A stretch of 64,000 nt of DNA from Bacillota bacterium (GTDB taxonomy: Bacteria > Bacillota > Clostridia > Oscillospirales > Ruminococcaceae), in assembly GCA_023458875.1 (NCBI GenBank), contig JAEWXO010000046.1, positions 178-64,177 of the forward strand, given 5' to 3'. This document shows positions 30,587 through 40,774 of this stretch, in pieces (within the stretch, counting starts at the first letter, position 1; each line of letters opens with the position of its first letter). Below the pieces are notes generated by a model. The model did not search any database, had not been told where the DNA came from, and worked only from the letters and a program-made list of their open reading frames with translations. The translations under genes were made by a program, and so were the position numbers.

Positions 30587-31312
30587 ATGCTTAAATCAAA
30601 CAGGGTGAACAAATGCACGGTTTTGCTAAGCAGTACACTAACTGGATTTTTCTTATTCAGTACTGTTATATGTGGTCAGCATAATAACAAAATACCCGTA
30701 ACAACAAATCTGACAGATAATTATCCGTCATCCGAGTCTGGAAGTTCAGAGAAAGTAACCAGTGTAACATCTTCTGTGTGCCAGACAAAAAAAGCATATG
30801 TTACTTCAGTTACAACCACATGCAATACATCAGATTCAGCTTCTGTGACTGAAAGCGTAACAACAGCTAAAGAAGAAACTATTCAGGAGACATGCTTCAC
30901 AGATACTCCTGAAGTATTACAGACTCCGGAGGTTCAGCCGATCCCTCAGCTATATGACAATACATATATATCAGAAAATTCACCTGAATTAAATACGGAT
31001 ATCGAACTTACATTTCTGGGTACGTTTGAATCCACAGCTTATACATGGACAGGCTGCAGATGTGCTTCAGGAAATTACCCTTACAGTCATTTAAATTCAG
31101 AAGGCGTTGATTTTCGTACAGTTGCAGTTGACAGTAGTATCATCGCACTTGGTACACGCCTTTATATAGAAGCAGGGGATTATAGTGGCTTTGTTATTGC
31201 TGAGGACACTGGCGGTGCAATAAACGGATATATAATGGATTTATATATGGATAGCTATGATGAATGTATAAACTGGGGAAGACGTGATATAAATGTATAT
31301 ATCTTAAACTGA
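30587..31312 (+). CDS. Secreted 3D-domain protein (cell-wall lytic, S/T-rich linker)
   Basis: TAY, VAVD, AEDTGGAI.G and DLYM motifs. Confidence 0.85.
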   Translation: MLKSNRVNKCTVLLSSTLTGFFLFSTVICGQHNNKIPVTTNLTDNYPSSESGSSEKVTSVTSSVCQTKKAYVTSVTTTCNTSDSASVTESVTTAKEETIQETCFTDTPEVLQTPEVQPIPQLYDNTYISENSPELNTDIELTFLGTFESTAYTWTGCRCASGNYPYSHLNSEGVDFRTVAVDSSIIALGTRLYIEAGDYSGFVIAEDTGGAINGYIMDLYMDSYDECINWGRRDINVYILN

Positions 31313-31415
31313 CAAAAACTCATACAAATTAATTTATCTATGGTCTTGTTATTTGCGTAACATTAAGATATAATAAATATATTGATTTTAATATACAGAC
31401 ATGGAGGAAATTTAT

Positions 31416-33221
31416 ATGAGTCAATCAGAAAAAATACAGGACCGCTCTCAGGCAGATAAAAAATTTACATGGGCAATAAACGATATATATATAAATGATC
31501 AGGCATGGAAAAATGATTACGATGAGATAAAAAGATGCATACCGATTATTTCTTCTTACAAAGGTAAACTGTCTCATTCTTCCGAATCATTACACTCATA
31601 TCTGAAATTAAATGATAAAATAACTATTTTATTTGATAGTTTAATTAATTATGCACACAGGAAACGTGATGAAGACAACAGAAATTCTGTTTATCAGGAA
31701 ATGTGCGGACAGCTTTCTGCACTTATATCAGAAGTATCAGATGTATCATCATTTGAAATTCCTGAAATACTGAATATAGATGACAGTACGCTTGATGTAT
31801 TCTATTCCGAAAATGCAGAGCTTGGAATATACCAGACATATTTAAAACGTCTGAAAAAAAGAAAAGAGCATATCCTGTCAGAAGCAGAAGAACGGATAAT
31901 GGCACTTGCCGGTCAGATGAAGGAAGCACCTGATAATATATATTCTGTATTTAATGATGCAGAGCTTGAATTCCCTGATGCAATTGACTCAAATGGAAAT
32001 AGACATCAGGTAACACACGGAACATATATTCCGCTTGTAAAGAGTGATGACCGGATACTAAGAAAATCAGCGTTTGAGTCACTCTATTCTGTTTACGGAA
32101 AATACAAAAACACTCTTGCTTCAATGCTTTCGGCACAGACAAAACAGCTTTCATTCAATTCAAAGGCAAGAAGATACGAATCATCACTTCATGCATCTCT
32201 TGACGCAAATGAAGTACCGGTTTCCGTTTATTATAATCTGATAGATGCTGTTCATAACAATATGGAGTATATGTACAAATACGTAAGACTTCGTAAAAAG
32301 CTTATGAATCTTGATGAACTTCATATGTATGATTTATATACCCCGGTTATAAATAACTGTGATATAAAAATTAATTATGAGGATGCAAAAAGAACTGTTT
32401 ATGAGGCTCTTTGCCCTTTGGGAGAAAAATATCTTGATATATTAAAAAACGGCTTTGAAAACAGGTGGATCGATGTATATGAGAATACAGGCAAAACCAG
32501 CGGTGCATACTCAGCGGGTGCAAGAATCCATCCATTCGTTCTTCTTAACCATAAGGATACACTTAATTGTGAATTTACATTGGCTCATGAAATGGGACAT
32601 GCAATCCACTCATACCTTTCAAACAAAGAGCAGCCTGTTATTTATTCAGAATACGTTATCTTTGTTGCAGAAGTAGCTTCTACGTGTAACGAGGCACTCC
32701 TTATGGAATATCTATTAAAAAATACAAAAGATAAAATGCAAAAAGCGTATCTGATAAATTATTTTCTCGAACAATTCAGAACAACTCTGTACCGTCAGAC
32801 AATGTTTGCAGAATTTGAGCTGAAAATAAATCAGATGACTGAAAACGGTGAAGGAATTACAGCTGATAATCTGTCTGAGATTTATGGCAACCTGAACAGA
32901 TTGTATTTTGGCGATGATATTGTAATTGATGATGAAATAAAGCTTGAATGGGCACGTATTCCTCATTTCTATTATAATTATTATGTTTATCAGTATGCAA
33001 CAGGCTATTCTGCTGCAATAGCACTTTCAAGAAAGATATTAAATGAGGGTAAAGGTGCAACAGACAAATATATCGAATTTTTAAGCGGAGGGTGCTCTCA
33101 GACACCAATTGAATTGTTAAAAACAGCAGGCGTTGATATGACAACACAGAAACCAATCAATGAAGCACTGCAAATATTCAATGAATTAATAGATGAACTT
33201 GATAATTTACTGTCGGAATAG
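31416..33221 (+). CDS. pepF: Oligoendopeptidase F (M3B)
   Basis: HEMGH, AEVAS, W.RIPHFY and YVYQYATG motifs. Confidence 0.95.
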   Translation: MSQSEKIQDRSQADKKFTWAINDIYINDQAWKNDYDEIKRCIPIISSYKGKLSHSSESLHSYLKLNDKITILFDSLINYAHRKRDEDNRNSVYQEMCGQLSALISEVSDVSSFEIPEILNIDDSTLDVFYSENAELGIYQTYLKRLKKRKEHILSEAEERIMALAGQMKEAPDNIYSVFNDAELEFPDAIDSNGNRHQVTHGTYIPLVKSDDRILRKSAFESLYSVYGKYKNTLASMLSAQTKQLSFNSKARRYESSLHASLDANEVPVSVYYNLIDAVHNNMEYMYKYVRLRKKLMNLDELHMYDLYTPVINNCDIKINYEDAKRTVYEALCPLGEKYLDILKNGFENRWIDVYENTGKTSGAYSAGARIHPFVLLNHKDTLNCEFTLAHEMGHAIHSYLSNKEQPVIYSEYVIFVAEVASTCNEALLMEYLLKNTKDKMQKAYLINYFLEQFRTTLYRQTMFAEFELKINQMTENGEGITADNLSEIYGNLNRLYFGDDIVIDDEIKLEWARIPHFYYNYYVYQYATGYSAAIALSRKILNEGKGATDKYIEFLSGGCSQTPIELLKTAGVDMTTQKPINEALQIFNELIDELDNLLSE

Positions 33222-33314
33222 GTTATTTATACTATAAATTTATTTAATTATGTACTATAAATATGCTATTAGATATAACCAATATTACAATTTATTTAAA
33301 ATTAATATTTTTAC

Positions 33315-33389
33315 TTGTATTCAATTTTTGACTGTGGTATAATAATGTAGTCGCTAGCGTTTATTGGCGTCTGGCGACTATATTTTTTT
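33315..33389 (+). promoter_or_regulatory. Promoter followed immediately by a terminator-like hairpin
   Basis: TTGTAT-17-TATAAT (33315-33343); hairpin 33345-33383 plus T-tract. Confidence 0.5.
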
Positions 33390-33440
33390 ATGAATTTGTT
33401 CATGGATTAACAATAAAAACTATTTTTTGGAGGAAACATA

Positions 33441-34253
33441 ATGAAAAAAATATTAGCAGGAGTACTTGCACTTTCTATGGTATTGGTTATATCGTCATGT
33501 GGAAAGGATGATAAATCTTCAAAGAAAAGCAAGGACAGCAAAGAAAAAGCAGCTGTTACTTCTGAAACTGAGGAGACAACTGAAGAATCATCAGAATCAA
33601 AGGATTCTTCTTCAGAAGTTATCATTGATAGCAGCAATGAAGTGGATATTGACAAATCAAAGCTGACATATGATTTTAAAGGACTTGCAAGCGAACCATA
33701 CATTACAGTACTCACATCAGATAAATACATGCTCAAATACTCAGTGCCTGATTATGGAATGTCACAGACTGTATATCTTGACGGTGAAAATGAATTTATG
33801 ACAATCGAAATGTCAGGAATTGAATATTCAATGTTGTATCTTGACAAAGCTCAGTACATGTTAGGCAATAACCAGTATGCTAAGGATGATTCTAAGATAA
33901 CAGATATTGAAGGCCTTGGAGTTTCTAAAATGTTTTCAAACTTTGCTTTATACGAGAGCGGAGAAGAAGATATTGACGGCAAAACATACAAATATGATGA
34001 ATACTATCAGGAGTCAGCAGATTCACTGATTAAACTGTTAATTTCAGAAGACGGAGATTTATATGCACTTGAAAGCCAGGATGTATACATGCTAGTTGAT
34101 GAATTCAGCGCTGATTTTGATTCATCAAAAATTATGGCAATTCCTGAAGGCGCAACAGAAGTCTCTGCAGATGAGCTTAGACAATCATTATATGGCCGAG
34201 CATCAGATGAAGATGCAGGAGCAGGAGCAGTTGATTCATCAATAGCTGAATAA
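33441..34253 (+). CDS. Acidic lipoprotein of unknown function
   Basis: Lipobox ISSC and S/E-rich linker. Confidence 0.7.
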   Translation: MKKILAGVLALSMVLVISSCGKDDKSSKKSKDSKEKAAVTSETEETTEESSESKDSSSEVIIDSSNEVDIDKSKLTYDFKGLASEPYITVLTSDKYMLKYSVPDYGMSQTVYLDGENEFMTIEMSGIEYSMLYLDKAQYMLGNNQYAKDDSKITDIEGLGVSKMFSNFALYESGEEDIDGKTYKYDEYYQESADSLIKLLISEDGDLYALESQDVYMLVDEFSADFDSSKIMAIPEGATEVSADELRQSLYGRASDEDAGAGAVDSSIAE

Positions 34254-34256
34254 CAC

Positions 34257-34356
34257 TTGACAAAATGATATTAATATGTTAGAATTATTAAGCCGCATGT
34301 ATTCAGGTTTTTTAAAATGCTGAATTTTAATTCCGCATTACCTTTTGCAGCGAGTT
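34257..34356 (+). promoter_or_regulatory. rplU promoter and probable L21 leader
   Basis: TTGACA-17-TAGAAT, then a structured 5' UTR (GCCGCA...CAGGT...ACCT...TGCAGCGAG) at the position known for the L21 leader. Confidence 0.6.
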
Positions 34357-34379
34357 TTTTGGAAAGGAAGTAAACCAAA

Positions 34380-34694
34380 ATGTACGCAATTATTGAAACT
34401 GGTGGTAAGCAATATCAAGTAAAAGAGGGCGACGTAGTTTTCATCGAAAAGCTTTGCGTTGAAGCTGATGAAACAGTAAACTTCGATAAAGTCGTTGCAG
34501 TTAATAATGACAATGGTATGACAGTTGGCGCTCCATACGTAAATAACGCTTCTGTTACTGCTAAAGTTATTAAAAACGGTAAAGGCAAGAAGATTAATAT
34601 TCTTACTTACAAGCCAAAAAAAGGTTCATCAATGAGAAGACAAGGTCACAGACAGCCTTACACTCAGGTTAAAATTGAAGCAATCAAGGCTTAG
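34380..34694 (+). CDS. rplU: 50S ribosomal protein L21
   Basis: [12 protein letters not shown]...GHRQPYT. Confidence 0.99.
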   Translation: MYAIIETGGKQYQVKEGDVVFIEKLCVEADETVNFDKVVAVNNDNGMTVGAPYVNNASVTAKVIKNGKGKKINILTYKPKKGSSMRRQGHRQPYTQVKIEAIKA

Positions 34695-34696
34695 TT

Positions 34697-35011
34697 ATGG
34701 TTACCGCTGTTTTTTATAAAAAAAGTGGAAATCTTTCAGGCTTTAAGGTAAGCGGTCATGCAGAATATGATGATTTTGGTCTTGATATTGTTTGTGCAAG
34801 TATAACATCAGCTGTTCAGTTGACATGTAATCTTATAACAGATTATTTTAAGATTAAATCTGAAGTATCTGCTAAAAATAACACTGTTACCTTAAAAGTT
34901 GTGGATATTAATGAAGAAGCTTCTTTGATTATTGATAATTTAAAAAATCACTTGGAGCTTATTTCAGAGGAATTTGAAAATGCAATTATAATTAAAATTT
35001 CGGAGGTGTAA
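34697..35011 (+). CDS. prp: Ribosomal-processing cysteine protease Prp (YsxB)
   Basis: GHA...DIVCA motif; lies between rplU and rpmA. Confidence 0.93.
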   Translation: MVTAVFYKKSGNLSGFKVSGHAEYDDFGLDIVCASITSAVQLTCNLITDYFKIKSEVSAKNNTVTLKVVDINEEASLIIDNLKNHLELISEEFENAIIIKISEV

Positions 35012-35014
35012 GTT

Positions 35015-35296
35015 ATGTTAAAACTTAGTATGCAATTTTTTGCTCATAAAAAGGGAAGCGGTTCAACTAAGAACGGTCGTGATTCTGAGTCAAAAAGATT
35101 AGGTGTAAAGAGAGCAGACGGTCAGTATGTTCTGGCTGGAAATATTATTGTTCGTCAGCGTGGCACTCATATTCATCCAGGTAACGGTGTAGGTATCGGC
35201 TCTGATGATACTTTATTTGCTAAAGTTAATGGTAAAGTAAAGTTTGAGCGTCTTGGCCGTGATCGTAAAAAGGTATCTGTTTACGCTGTGCAGTAA
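35015..35296 (+). CDS. rpmA: 50S ribosomal protein L27 with N-terminal extension
   Basis: [24 protein letters not shown]. Confidence 0.99.
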   Translation: MLKLSMQFFAHKKGSGSTKNGRDSESKRLGVKRADGQYVLAGNIIVRQRGTHIHPGNGVGIGSDDTLFAKVNGKVKFERLGRDRKKVSVYAVQ

Positions 35297-35319
35297 TTAT
35301 CAAGACTTTTATTGCATTA

Positions 35320-35350
35320 AAAATCCCGAGCTTATGCTTGGGATTTTCTT
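35320..35350 (+). terminator. Intrinsic terminator
   Basis: AAAATCCCGAGC / GCTTGGGATTTT. Confidence 0.75.
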
Positions 35351-35409
35351 ATATTATGTTTCACTCATAATCATGTGCGTATAAGCACACATGAAAGGAA
35401 GTCTATAGG

Positions 35410-36687
35410 ATGTTTGTAGATAAAGCTCGAATTAAAGTAAAAGCTGGAGATGGCGGGGACGGTGCAGTCTCTTTCTATCGTGAAAAATATGTTGCCGCCG
35501 GCGGACCTGACGGAGGAAACGGGGGAGACGGAGGAAATGTCATCTTTGAAATAGATGATAATTTTTCCACCCTTATTGATTTCAAATACAAGAAAAAATA
35601 CGTAGCAAACAAAGGACAAGACGGTGGCGCAAAACATTGCACCGGAAAAAATGCTGAAGATTTAATTATCAAGGTTCCTCGCGGAACAGTTGTCCGTGAT
35701 GCTAAAACCGGAAGAATAATGGCTGATTTATCAAAAAAAGATAAGCAGATCATTGCAAAGGGTGGAAAAGGCGGAAAAGGAAATTCCGTATTCAAATCAT
35801 CAACACGTCAGATACCGAGATTTGCAAAGCCTGGCTATCCTGGAGAAGAATTTGAAATTATTTTAGAATTAAAGCTTCTGGCAGATGTGGGTCTTGTCGG
35901 ATTCCCTAATGTGGGAAAATCAACATTAATTTCTATTGTCAGTCAGGCTAAACCTGAAATAGCGAATTATCATTTTACCACACTTGTTCCGGTATTAGGT
36001 GTTGTAAAAATTGAAGCAGGAAAATCATTTGTCATGGCTGATATTCCTGGATTGATTGAAGGTGCAAGTGACGGTATAGGACTTGGGCATGAGTTCTTAA
36101 GACATGTAGAAAGATGCCGTCTTATCGTTCATATCCTTGATGTTTCAGGTTCTGAAGGACGTAATCCGATTGATGATTTTAATATAATCAATCAGGAGCT
36201 CGAAAAATTCAGTGAAGATCTCGCAAAATCTCCCCAAATTGTTGCAGCGAACAAAACAGATATGGCAACCCCTGAACAAATCATCGAGCTTAAAGAATAT
36301 ATTGAAGGTAAGGGGTATAAATTTTTTGAAATTTCAGCTGCAACTACCTACGGAACATCGGATCTGATTAAATTTATTTCACAGGAGCTTGATAAACTTC
36401 CTCCGATAAAAGAATATGAGCCTGAGGAAATTTCACAGGAAGAAATTCAGCTTAAAGAAGATTCAAAGAAGAAAATTACGGTAAGAAAAGAAGACGGCAT
36501 ATATTATGTTGAAGCTTATTGGCTTGAGCCTATTCTGCGTACAGTTGACCTTGATGATTATTCGTCATTACAGTATCTTCAGAGAGTACTTCAGACAAAC
36601 GGAGTATTCAAAAAGCTTGAAGATATGGGAATTGATGAAGGTGAAACTGTTAATATTCTTGGATTTGAATTCGAGTATATTATTTAG
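35410..36687 (+). CDS. obgE: GTPase ObgE
   Basis: Gly-rich Obg domain, GFPNVGKST, DIPG, NKTD and C-terminal OCT domain. Confidence 0.98.
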   Translation: MFVDKARIKVKAGDGGDGAVSFYREKYVAAGGPDGGNGGDGGNVIFEIDDNFSTLIDFKYKKKYVANKGQDGGAKHCTGKNAEDLIIKVPRGTVVRDAKTGRIMADLSKKDKQIIAKGGKGGKGNSVFKSSTRQIPRFAKPGYPGEEFEIILELKLLADVGLVGFPNVGKSTLISIVSQAKPEIANYHFTTLVPVLGVVKIEAGKSFVMADIPGLIEGASDGIGLGHEFLRHVERCRLIVHILDVSGSEGRNPIDDFNIINQELEKFSEDLAKSPQIVAANKTDMATPEQIIELKEYIEGKGYKFFEISAATTYGTSDLIKFISQELDKLPPIKEYEPEEISQEEIQLKEDSKKKITVRKEDGIYYVEAYWLEPILRTVDLDDYSSLQYLQRVLQTNGVFKKLEDMGIDEGETVNILGFEFEYII

Positions 36688-36689
36688 AG

Positions 36690-37106
36690 GTGATTTTGAC
36701 GGAAAAAATATTATCAGAAAGAGATGCTATGCAGTATAGTCCTCTTACGCTCGCGTTCCTTGGCGATAGTGTTTATGAACAGCTTGTAAGGGAACGTGAA
36801 GTTCTTAAGGCTAATACATCAGTATCTAATCTTCATAGTGCAACCACAAAAAAAGTATGTGCTGTTTTTCAATCAAAAGCATATGATCATATTCTTGCTT
36901 TGCTTGATGAACGTGAAACAGCCATATTGAAACGTGGGAGAAACGCTTCAGGTTGTTCAGCGCCTAAGCATACAAATATTATTGATTACAGGAAAGCAAC
37001 AGCGGTGGAATGCCTCTTTGGATATTTACATCTGACTGGGCAGGAAGCCAGACTTGATGAACTGATAAATATTATTTTATTGATAAATGACAAGGAGGAC
37101 TATTAA
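36690..37106 (+). CDS. mrnC: Mini-ribonuclease III
   Basis: LAFLGDSVYE, KRGRNA and Y..ATA.E.LFGYL motifs. Confidence 0.93.
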   Translation: MILTEKILSERDAMQYSPLTLAFLGDSVYEQLVREREVLKANTSVSNLHSATTKKVCAVFQSKAYDHILALLDERETAILKRGRNASGCSAPKHTNIIDYRKATAVECLFGYLHLTGQEARLDELINIILLINDKEDY

Positions 37107-37107
37107 A

Positions 37108-37836
37108 ATGTCAGGACATTCAAAATGGAGTACCATTAAAAGGAAAAAGGAAGCAACGGATGCTGCAAGAGCAAAGATTTTCACAAAAATCGGACGTGAA
37201 ATAACTTTTTGTGTGAAGGAAGGCGGCGGAGATCCAAGCACGAATTCCAAGCTTCGCGATCTTATTTCAAAAGCAAAAGCCAATAATGTACCTAATGATA
37301 ACATAGAAAGAGTCATCAAAAAAGCCAGTGGCGGAGATGATAAAAATGACTATGTTTCAATTGTATACGAGGGATATGGACCAAATGGTGTTGCAGTAAT
37401 AGTTGAAACCCTTACTGATAACAAAAACAGAACAGCGGCAGATGTACGCCATTATTTTGACAAGTTCGGCGGAAATATGGGCGCAAGCGGATGCGTATCT
37501 TTTATGTTCAACAGTAAAGCGATTGTAATTACCGAAAACAAAGGATACGATGAAGATAAAGTAATGGAAGACTGTATGGAGTCTAACGCTGATGATTTCA
37601 GTATTGAAGATGAAACAGTAGAATTTATTGCAGCTCCTTCAGAACTTAAAACTGTAAAGGAAAGTCTGGAATCAAAAGGATATGTAATTTTATCTGCTGA
37701 AGTTGAACAGGTACCAGATAATTATGTATCCCTTACAGATGAAGAATCAATAAAAAAAATGGAATTACTTCTTGATCATCTTGAGGATAACGACGACGTT
37801 CAAAATGTATGGCATAACTGGGAAAATGAAGGATGA
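37108..37836 (+). CDS. yebC: YebC/PmpR-family protein
   Basis: MSGHSKW, YEGYGP.G, TDNKNRT and DDVQNVWHN motifs. Confidence 0.96.
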   Translation: MSGHSKWSTIKRKKEATDAARAKIFTKIGREITFCVKEGGGDPSTNSKLRDLISKAKANNVPNDNIERVIKKASGGDDKNDYVSIVYEGYGPNGVAVIVETLTDNKNRTAADVRHYFDKFGGNMGASGCVSFMFNSKAIVITENKGYDEDKVMEDCMESNADDFSIEDETVEFIAAPSELKTVKESLESKGYVILSAEVEQVPDNYVSLTDEESIKKMELLLDHLEDNDDVQNVWHNWENEG

Positions 37837-37843
37837 TAATATT

Positions 37844-38665
37844 ATGACCGGGTTTATTTGTCCTGTATGTAAAAAACCTCTAACAAAATCAGATAAATCA
37901 GAAAAGTGTGAAAATAATCACTTATATGATATCTCTAAAACAGGGTATACAAATTTATTAATGTCGCAAAAAACAAAGGACAAAAACCACGGTGATGATA
38001 AATTAATGGTAAAATCCAGAAGAGACTTTCTTGATAAAGGATATTATAATATATTGCTGAATAAATTATCAGAAACGGTAATACAGCATTGCCATGATAA
38101 ATCTGTTATACTTGATGCAGGATGCGGAGAATGCTTTTATACCTCAAATATTTATGACACACTTTGCGCAGCAGGGATAAAAACAACAATGTTGGCCATT
38201 GACATTTCAAAAAATGCCCTCAGCCTTGCTAAAAATCGTAATCCTGAAATTAACCGTTCAGTTGCAAGTATTTTTGATATACCTGTTGCTGATTCTTCAT
38301 GCGACATAATATTAAATATTTTTGCTCCGTTTTGTCAGTCCGAATTTCTTAGATTACTCAAAGTCGGAGGTATTCTTATTCAGGTTATTCCTCTTGAAAA
38401 TCATCTATGGAGTTTAAAAAAAATCATATACGAAAAACCGTATAAAAATATTGTAGATGAATATAGCATAAATGGTTTTGAATTTATTAAAAATGAGGAT
38501 ATTAAAGGTAGTATTGAGATTGAATCAAATCAAGAAATAAAGAATCTATTCACAATGACCCCTTATTATTATAAAACAAGTCAAAATGACTTCAATAAAT
38601 TAAACAGCATAAACTACCTGAAAACCGAAATCGAATTTGCTGTACTTGTTTATAGAAAAATATAA
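37844..38665 (+). CDS. rlmA: 23S rRNA m1G methyltransferase RlmA-like
   Basis: CPVC..C..H zinc finger, LDAGCGE and MTPY motifs. Confidence 0.85.
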   Translation: MTGFICPVCKKPLTKSDKSEKCENNHLYDISKTGYTNLLMSQKTKDKNHGDDKLMVKSRRDFLDKGYYNILLNKLSETVIQHCHDKSVILDAGCGECFYTSNIYDTLCAAGIKTTMLAIDISKNALSLAKNRNPEINRSVASIFDIPVADSSCDIILNIFAPFCQSEFLRLLKVGGILIQVIPLENHLWSLKKIIYEKPYKNIVDEYSINGFEFIKNEDIKGSIEIESNQEIKNLFTMTPYYYKTSQNDFNKLNSINYLKTEIEFAVLVYRKI

Positions 38666-38744
38666 CATTCGACACAATCTTTCTTTTTGCAAATTTTATT
38701 TACAAACAGGCCGACTGGAACCAGAACCGGTCTGTTTTTATAAC

Positions 38745-38773
38745 TTGACAACCCAATATAAACCGTATATAAT
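38745..38773 (+). promoter_or_regulatory. Consensus SigA promoter
   Basis: TTGACA-17-TATAAT. Confidence 0.7.
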
Positions 38774-38805
38774 TAATAATAAAGAAAGTCGAATGAGGTG
38801 ATCAA

Positions 38806-39051
38806 ATGAATGAAGAAATAATCCAGATGCTTAATGAGATGCGTTCTGAAATTAACCAACAATTTGAAAAAATTGATGAACGATTTGAAAAAATTGATGA
38901 ACGATTTGATAAGATTGATGAACGACTCCATAGTCTTGAGGAACGTTTAGAAATAGTAGAAGAAAATACAGAAATAACACGTTCAGCGACTAATAGTCTT
39001 GTAGAATGGGCAGAGGTAACAGGCGGATTCCCGATAAAGAAAGCTGAATAA
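38806..39051 (+). CDS. Small coiled-coil protein with F(E/D)KIDER heptad repeats
   Basis: Three 21-bp tandem repeats, own promoter and GAGGTG RBS. Confidence 0.7.
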   Translation: MNEEIIQMLNEMRSEINQQFEKIDERFEKIDERFDKIDERLHSLEERLEIVEENTEITRSATNSLVEWAEVTGGFPIKKAE

Positions 39052-39112
39052 TTATATAATTCATATATATACGGTGTTTTAAACGATACCGTATTTTTTA
39101 TCTTAAAAATCG

Positions 39113-39156
39113 CTTTCCTCATTTCGCAAAAGTGTGATTTTGCGAAATGAGGAAAG
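39113..39156. repeat. Perfect 19-bp inverted repeat
   Basis: CTTTCCTCATTTCGCAAAA-gtgtga-TTTTGCGAAATGAGGAAAG. Confidence 0.85.
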
Positions 39157-39204
39157 AGGACTATTTTACCCCTTCTTTATAATTTTTTTAAAGGCCTTCG
39201 CCTA

Positions 39205-39232
39205 TATAGACAACACTTTATAGACAACACTT
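39205..39232. repeat. Tandem 14-bp direct repeat
   Basis: TATAGACAACACTT x2. Confidence 0.85.
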
Positions 39233-39297
39233 TCAGCCAATAGGTTGCAGTTATAAAAAAATGCGGTACATTTTACAGTACCGCATATTTAAAATAT

Positions 39298-39864
39298 TTA
39301 TTTCAATATCTGCTTATCTATAAAGTCAAGAAAAGCGTTGACCTGTAATTCTAAAAACAGATAGTTTTCTTTAAATACCAGTTTGCCATCGCTGTCAAGC
39401 TGCTGGATAGCATTTGGAATGGTGACACGTGGTACATTCATAACATTCATGTTTAAGAAACTTATGAGTGTTACAAGATGATCCTGAGACAGACCTGTGC
39501 CGGACATACCCGGGGTGATTCCACTTATAGCAGCAGGCTTTTCTGCAAGAACCTGGGGTTCTTTATCACTGATCGGACGGGATAGCCAGTCAATAAGATT
39601 TTTTAAAACTCCAGGGAAAAAATGATTGTATTCAGGTGTGAAGAACCATACTCCATCTGATGATTTTATTTCCTCACGAACGCGCTTTACAGCATCAGGT
39701 GCCGGAAATTCAATGTCCTGATTCATCAAAGGAATGTCATAATAATCGAGCAGATTGAAATCAGCCCGGTCACCAATAATATTTTTTACTTCTATAGCTA
39801 ATTGCCGGTTATATGAATCTTTTTGTAAAGAACCAACAATTGCTGATATTTTTATATTTTTCAA
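39298..39864 (-). CDS. NADPH-dependent FMN reductase (ChrR-like)
   Basis: VGSL..DSYN and TPEYN..PGVLKN.IDWLSR motifs. Confidence 0.9.
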   Translation of the reverse strand: MKNIKISAIVGSLQKDSYNRQLAIEVKNIIGDRADFNLLDYYDIPLMNQDIEFPAPDAVKRVREEIKSSDGVWFFTPEYNHFFPGVLKNLIDWLSRPISDKEPQVLAEKPAAISGITPGMSGTGLSQDHLVTLISFLNMNVMNVPRVTIPNAIQQLDSDGKLVFKENYLFLELQVNAFLDFIDKQILK

Positions 39865-39886
39865 TTTAATTACTCCTCTCATATCT

Positions 39887-40726
39887 TTAATAAACGATAT
39901 TTTCCTTTAAAAATGTGCCTTTTCTCAAGTCTTCAAAGGCTTTATTCAGTTCTTCATTAGTGTTCATTACTATAGGTCCCCCCCAGGCTATCGGTTCATC
40001 CAAACGTTTTGAACTTATGAACAGAATCTGTGCTTTTTCATCTGTGGCCTTGATTTCAACCGTGTCACCGTTGGTGAGCTTTGCAGCTGTTTTTTCTCTT
40101 ACCAGCTCTCCCCCGATATAAGCGTCTCCTGAAAGGGTAAATATCATAACAGAGCAATCACTTTCTGTATTCATTATAAAAGATGATTTTGGGTTAAGAT
40201 GTAAATCATAATAGTCAAGAGGAAGATAATTGCTCATATAATTTTTTCTTCCTTCGAACTCCCCTGCCAGCAATCTTAGCTTGCCCCAAGCAAAATCTAT
40301 TTCTTCAATGTCTGAGTTTTTAATGCTGTGATAAGCAGGTGGAACCATCTTACTCTTTGCAGGCAGATTTAACCAGAGCTGTACACCGAGAAGACGCTCG
40401 GAAGCCGGTAATTTTTCTTCATGCATAATACCAGAGCCAGCTGTCATCCACTGTACTTCTCCGTTACCGATTGTGTCCTCATTACCCAGGCTATCCCTGT
40501 GAGTTATATGCCCATGATACACATAACTTATTGTCTCTATTCCTCTGTGAGGATGCATAGGAAATCCAGCTGTGTACTCATCAGGATTTGTACTGTCAAA
40601 GGAATCAAGCATTAAAATAGGATCATATTCCCGGACAGTCTGATCTCCCAACACTCTGACCAGACTAACTCCGGCACCATCCTTAGTTCTATAACCTCTT
40701 ACCAGCTGACTGATTTTTCTTTCCAA
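39887..40726 (-). CDS. Pirin-family protein
   Basis: HPHRGIET, WMTAGSGI.HEE, QLW.NLP and GP.VMN motifs. Confidence 0.93.
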   Translation of the reverse strand: MERKISQLVRGYRTKDGAGVSLVRVLGDQTVREYDPILMLDSFDSTNPDEYTAGFPMHPHRGIETISYVYHGHITHRDSLGNEDTIGNGEVQWMTAGSGIMHEEKLPASERLLGVQLWLNLPAKSKMVPPAYHSIKNSDIEEIDFAWGKLRLLAGEFEGRKNYMSNYLPLDYYDLHLNPKSSFIMNTESDCSVMIFTLSGDAYIGGELVREKTAAKLTNGDTVEIKATDEKAQILFISSKRLDEPIAWGGPIVMNTNEELNKAFEDLRKGTFLKENIVY

Positions 40727-40774
40727 ATTCTTAACCTCCCTATTATAAAATTTATTATTCTCTTTAAAAAGCAT

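Noticed and set aside
34697..35296. Protease between ribosomal genes and an extended L27
   Set aside because: This is the established Prp/L27 processing system of Firmicutes, not novel.
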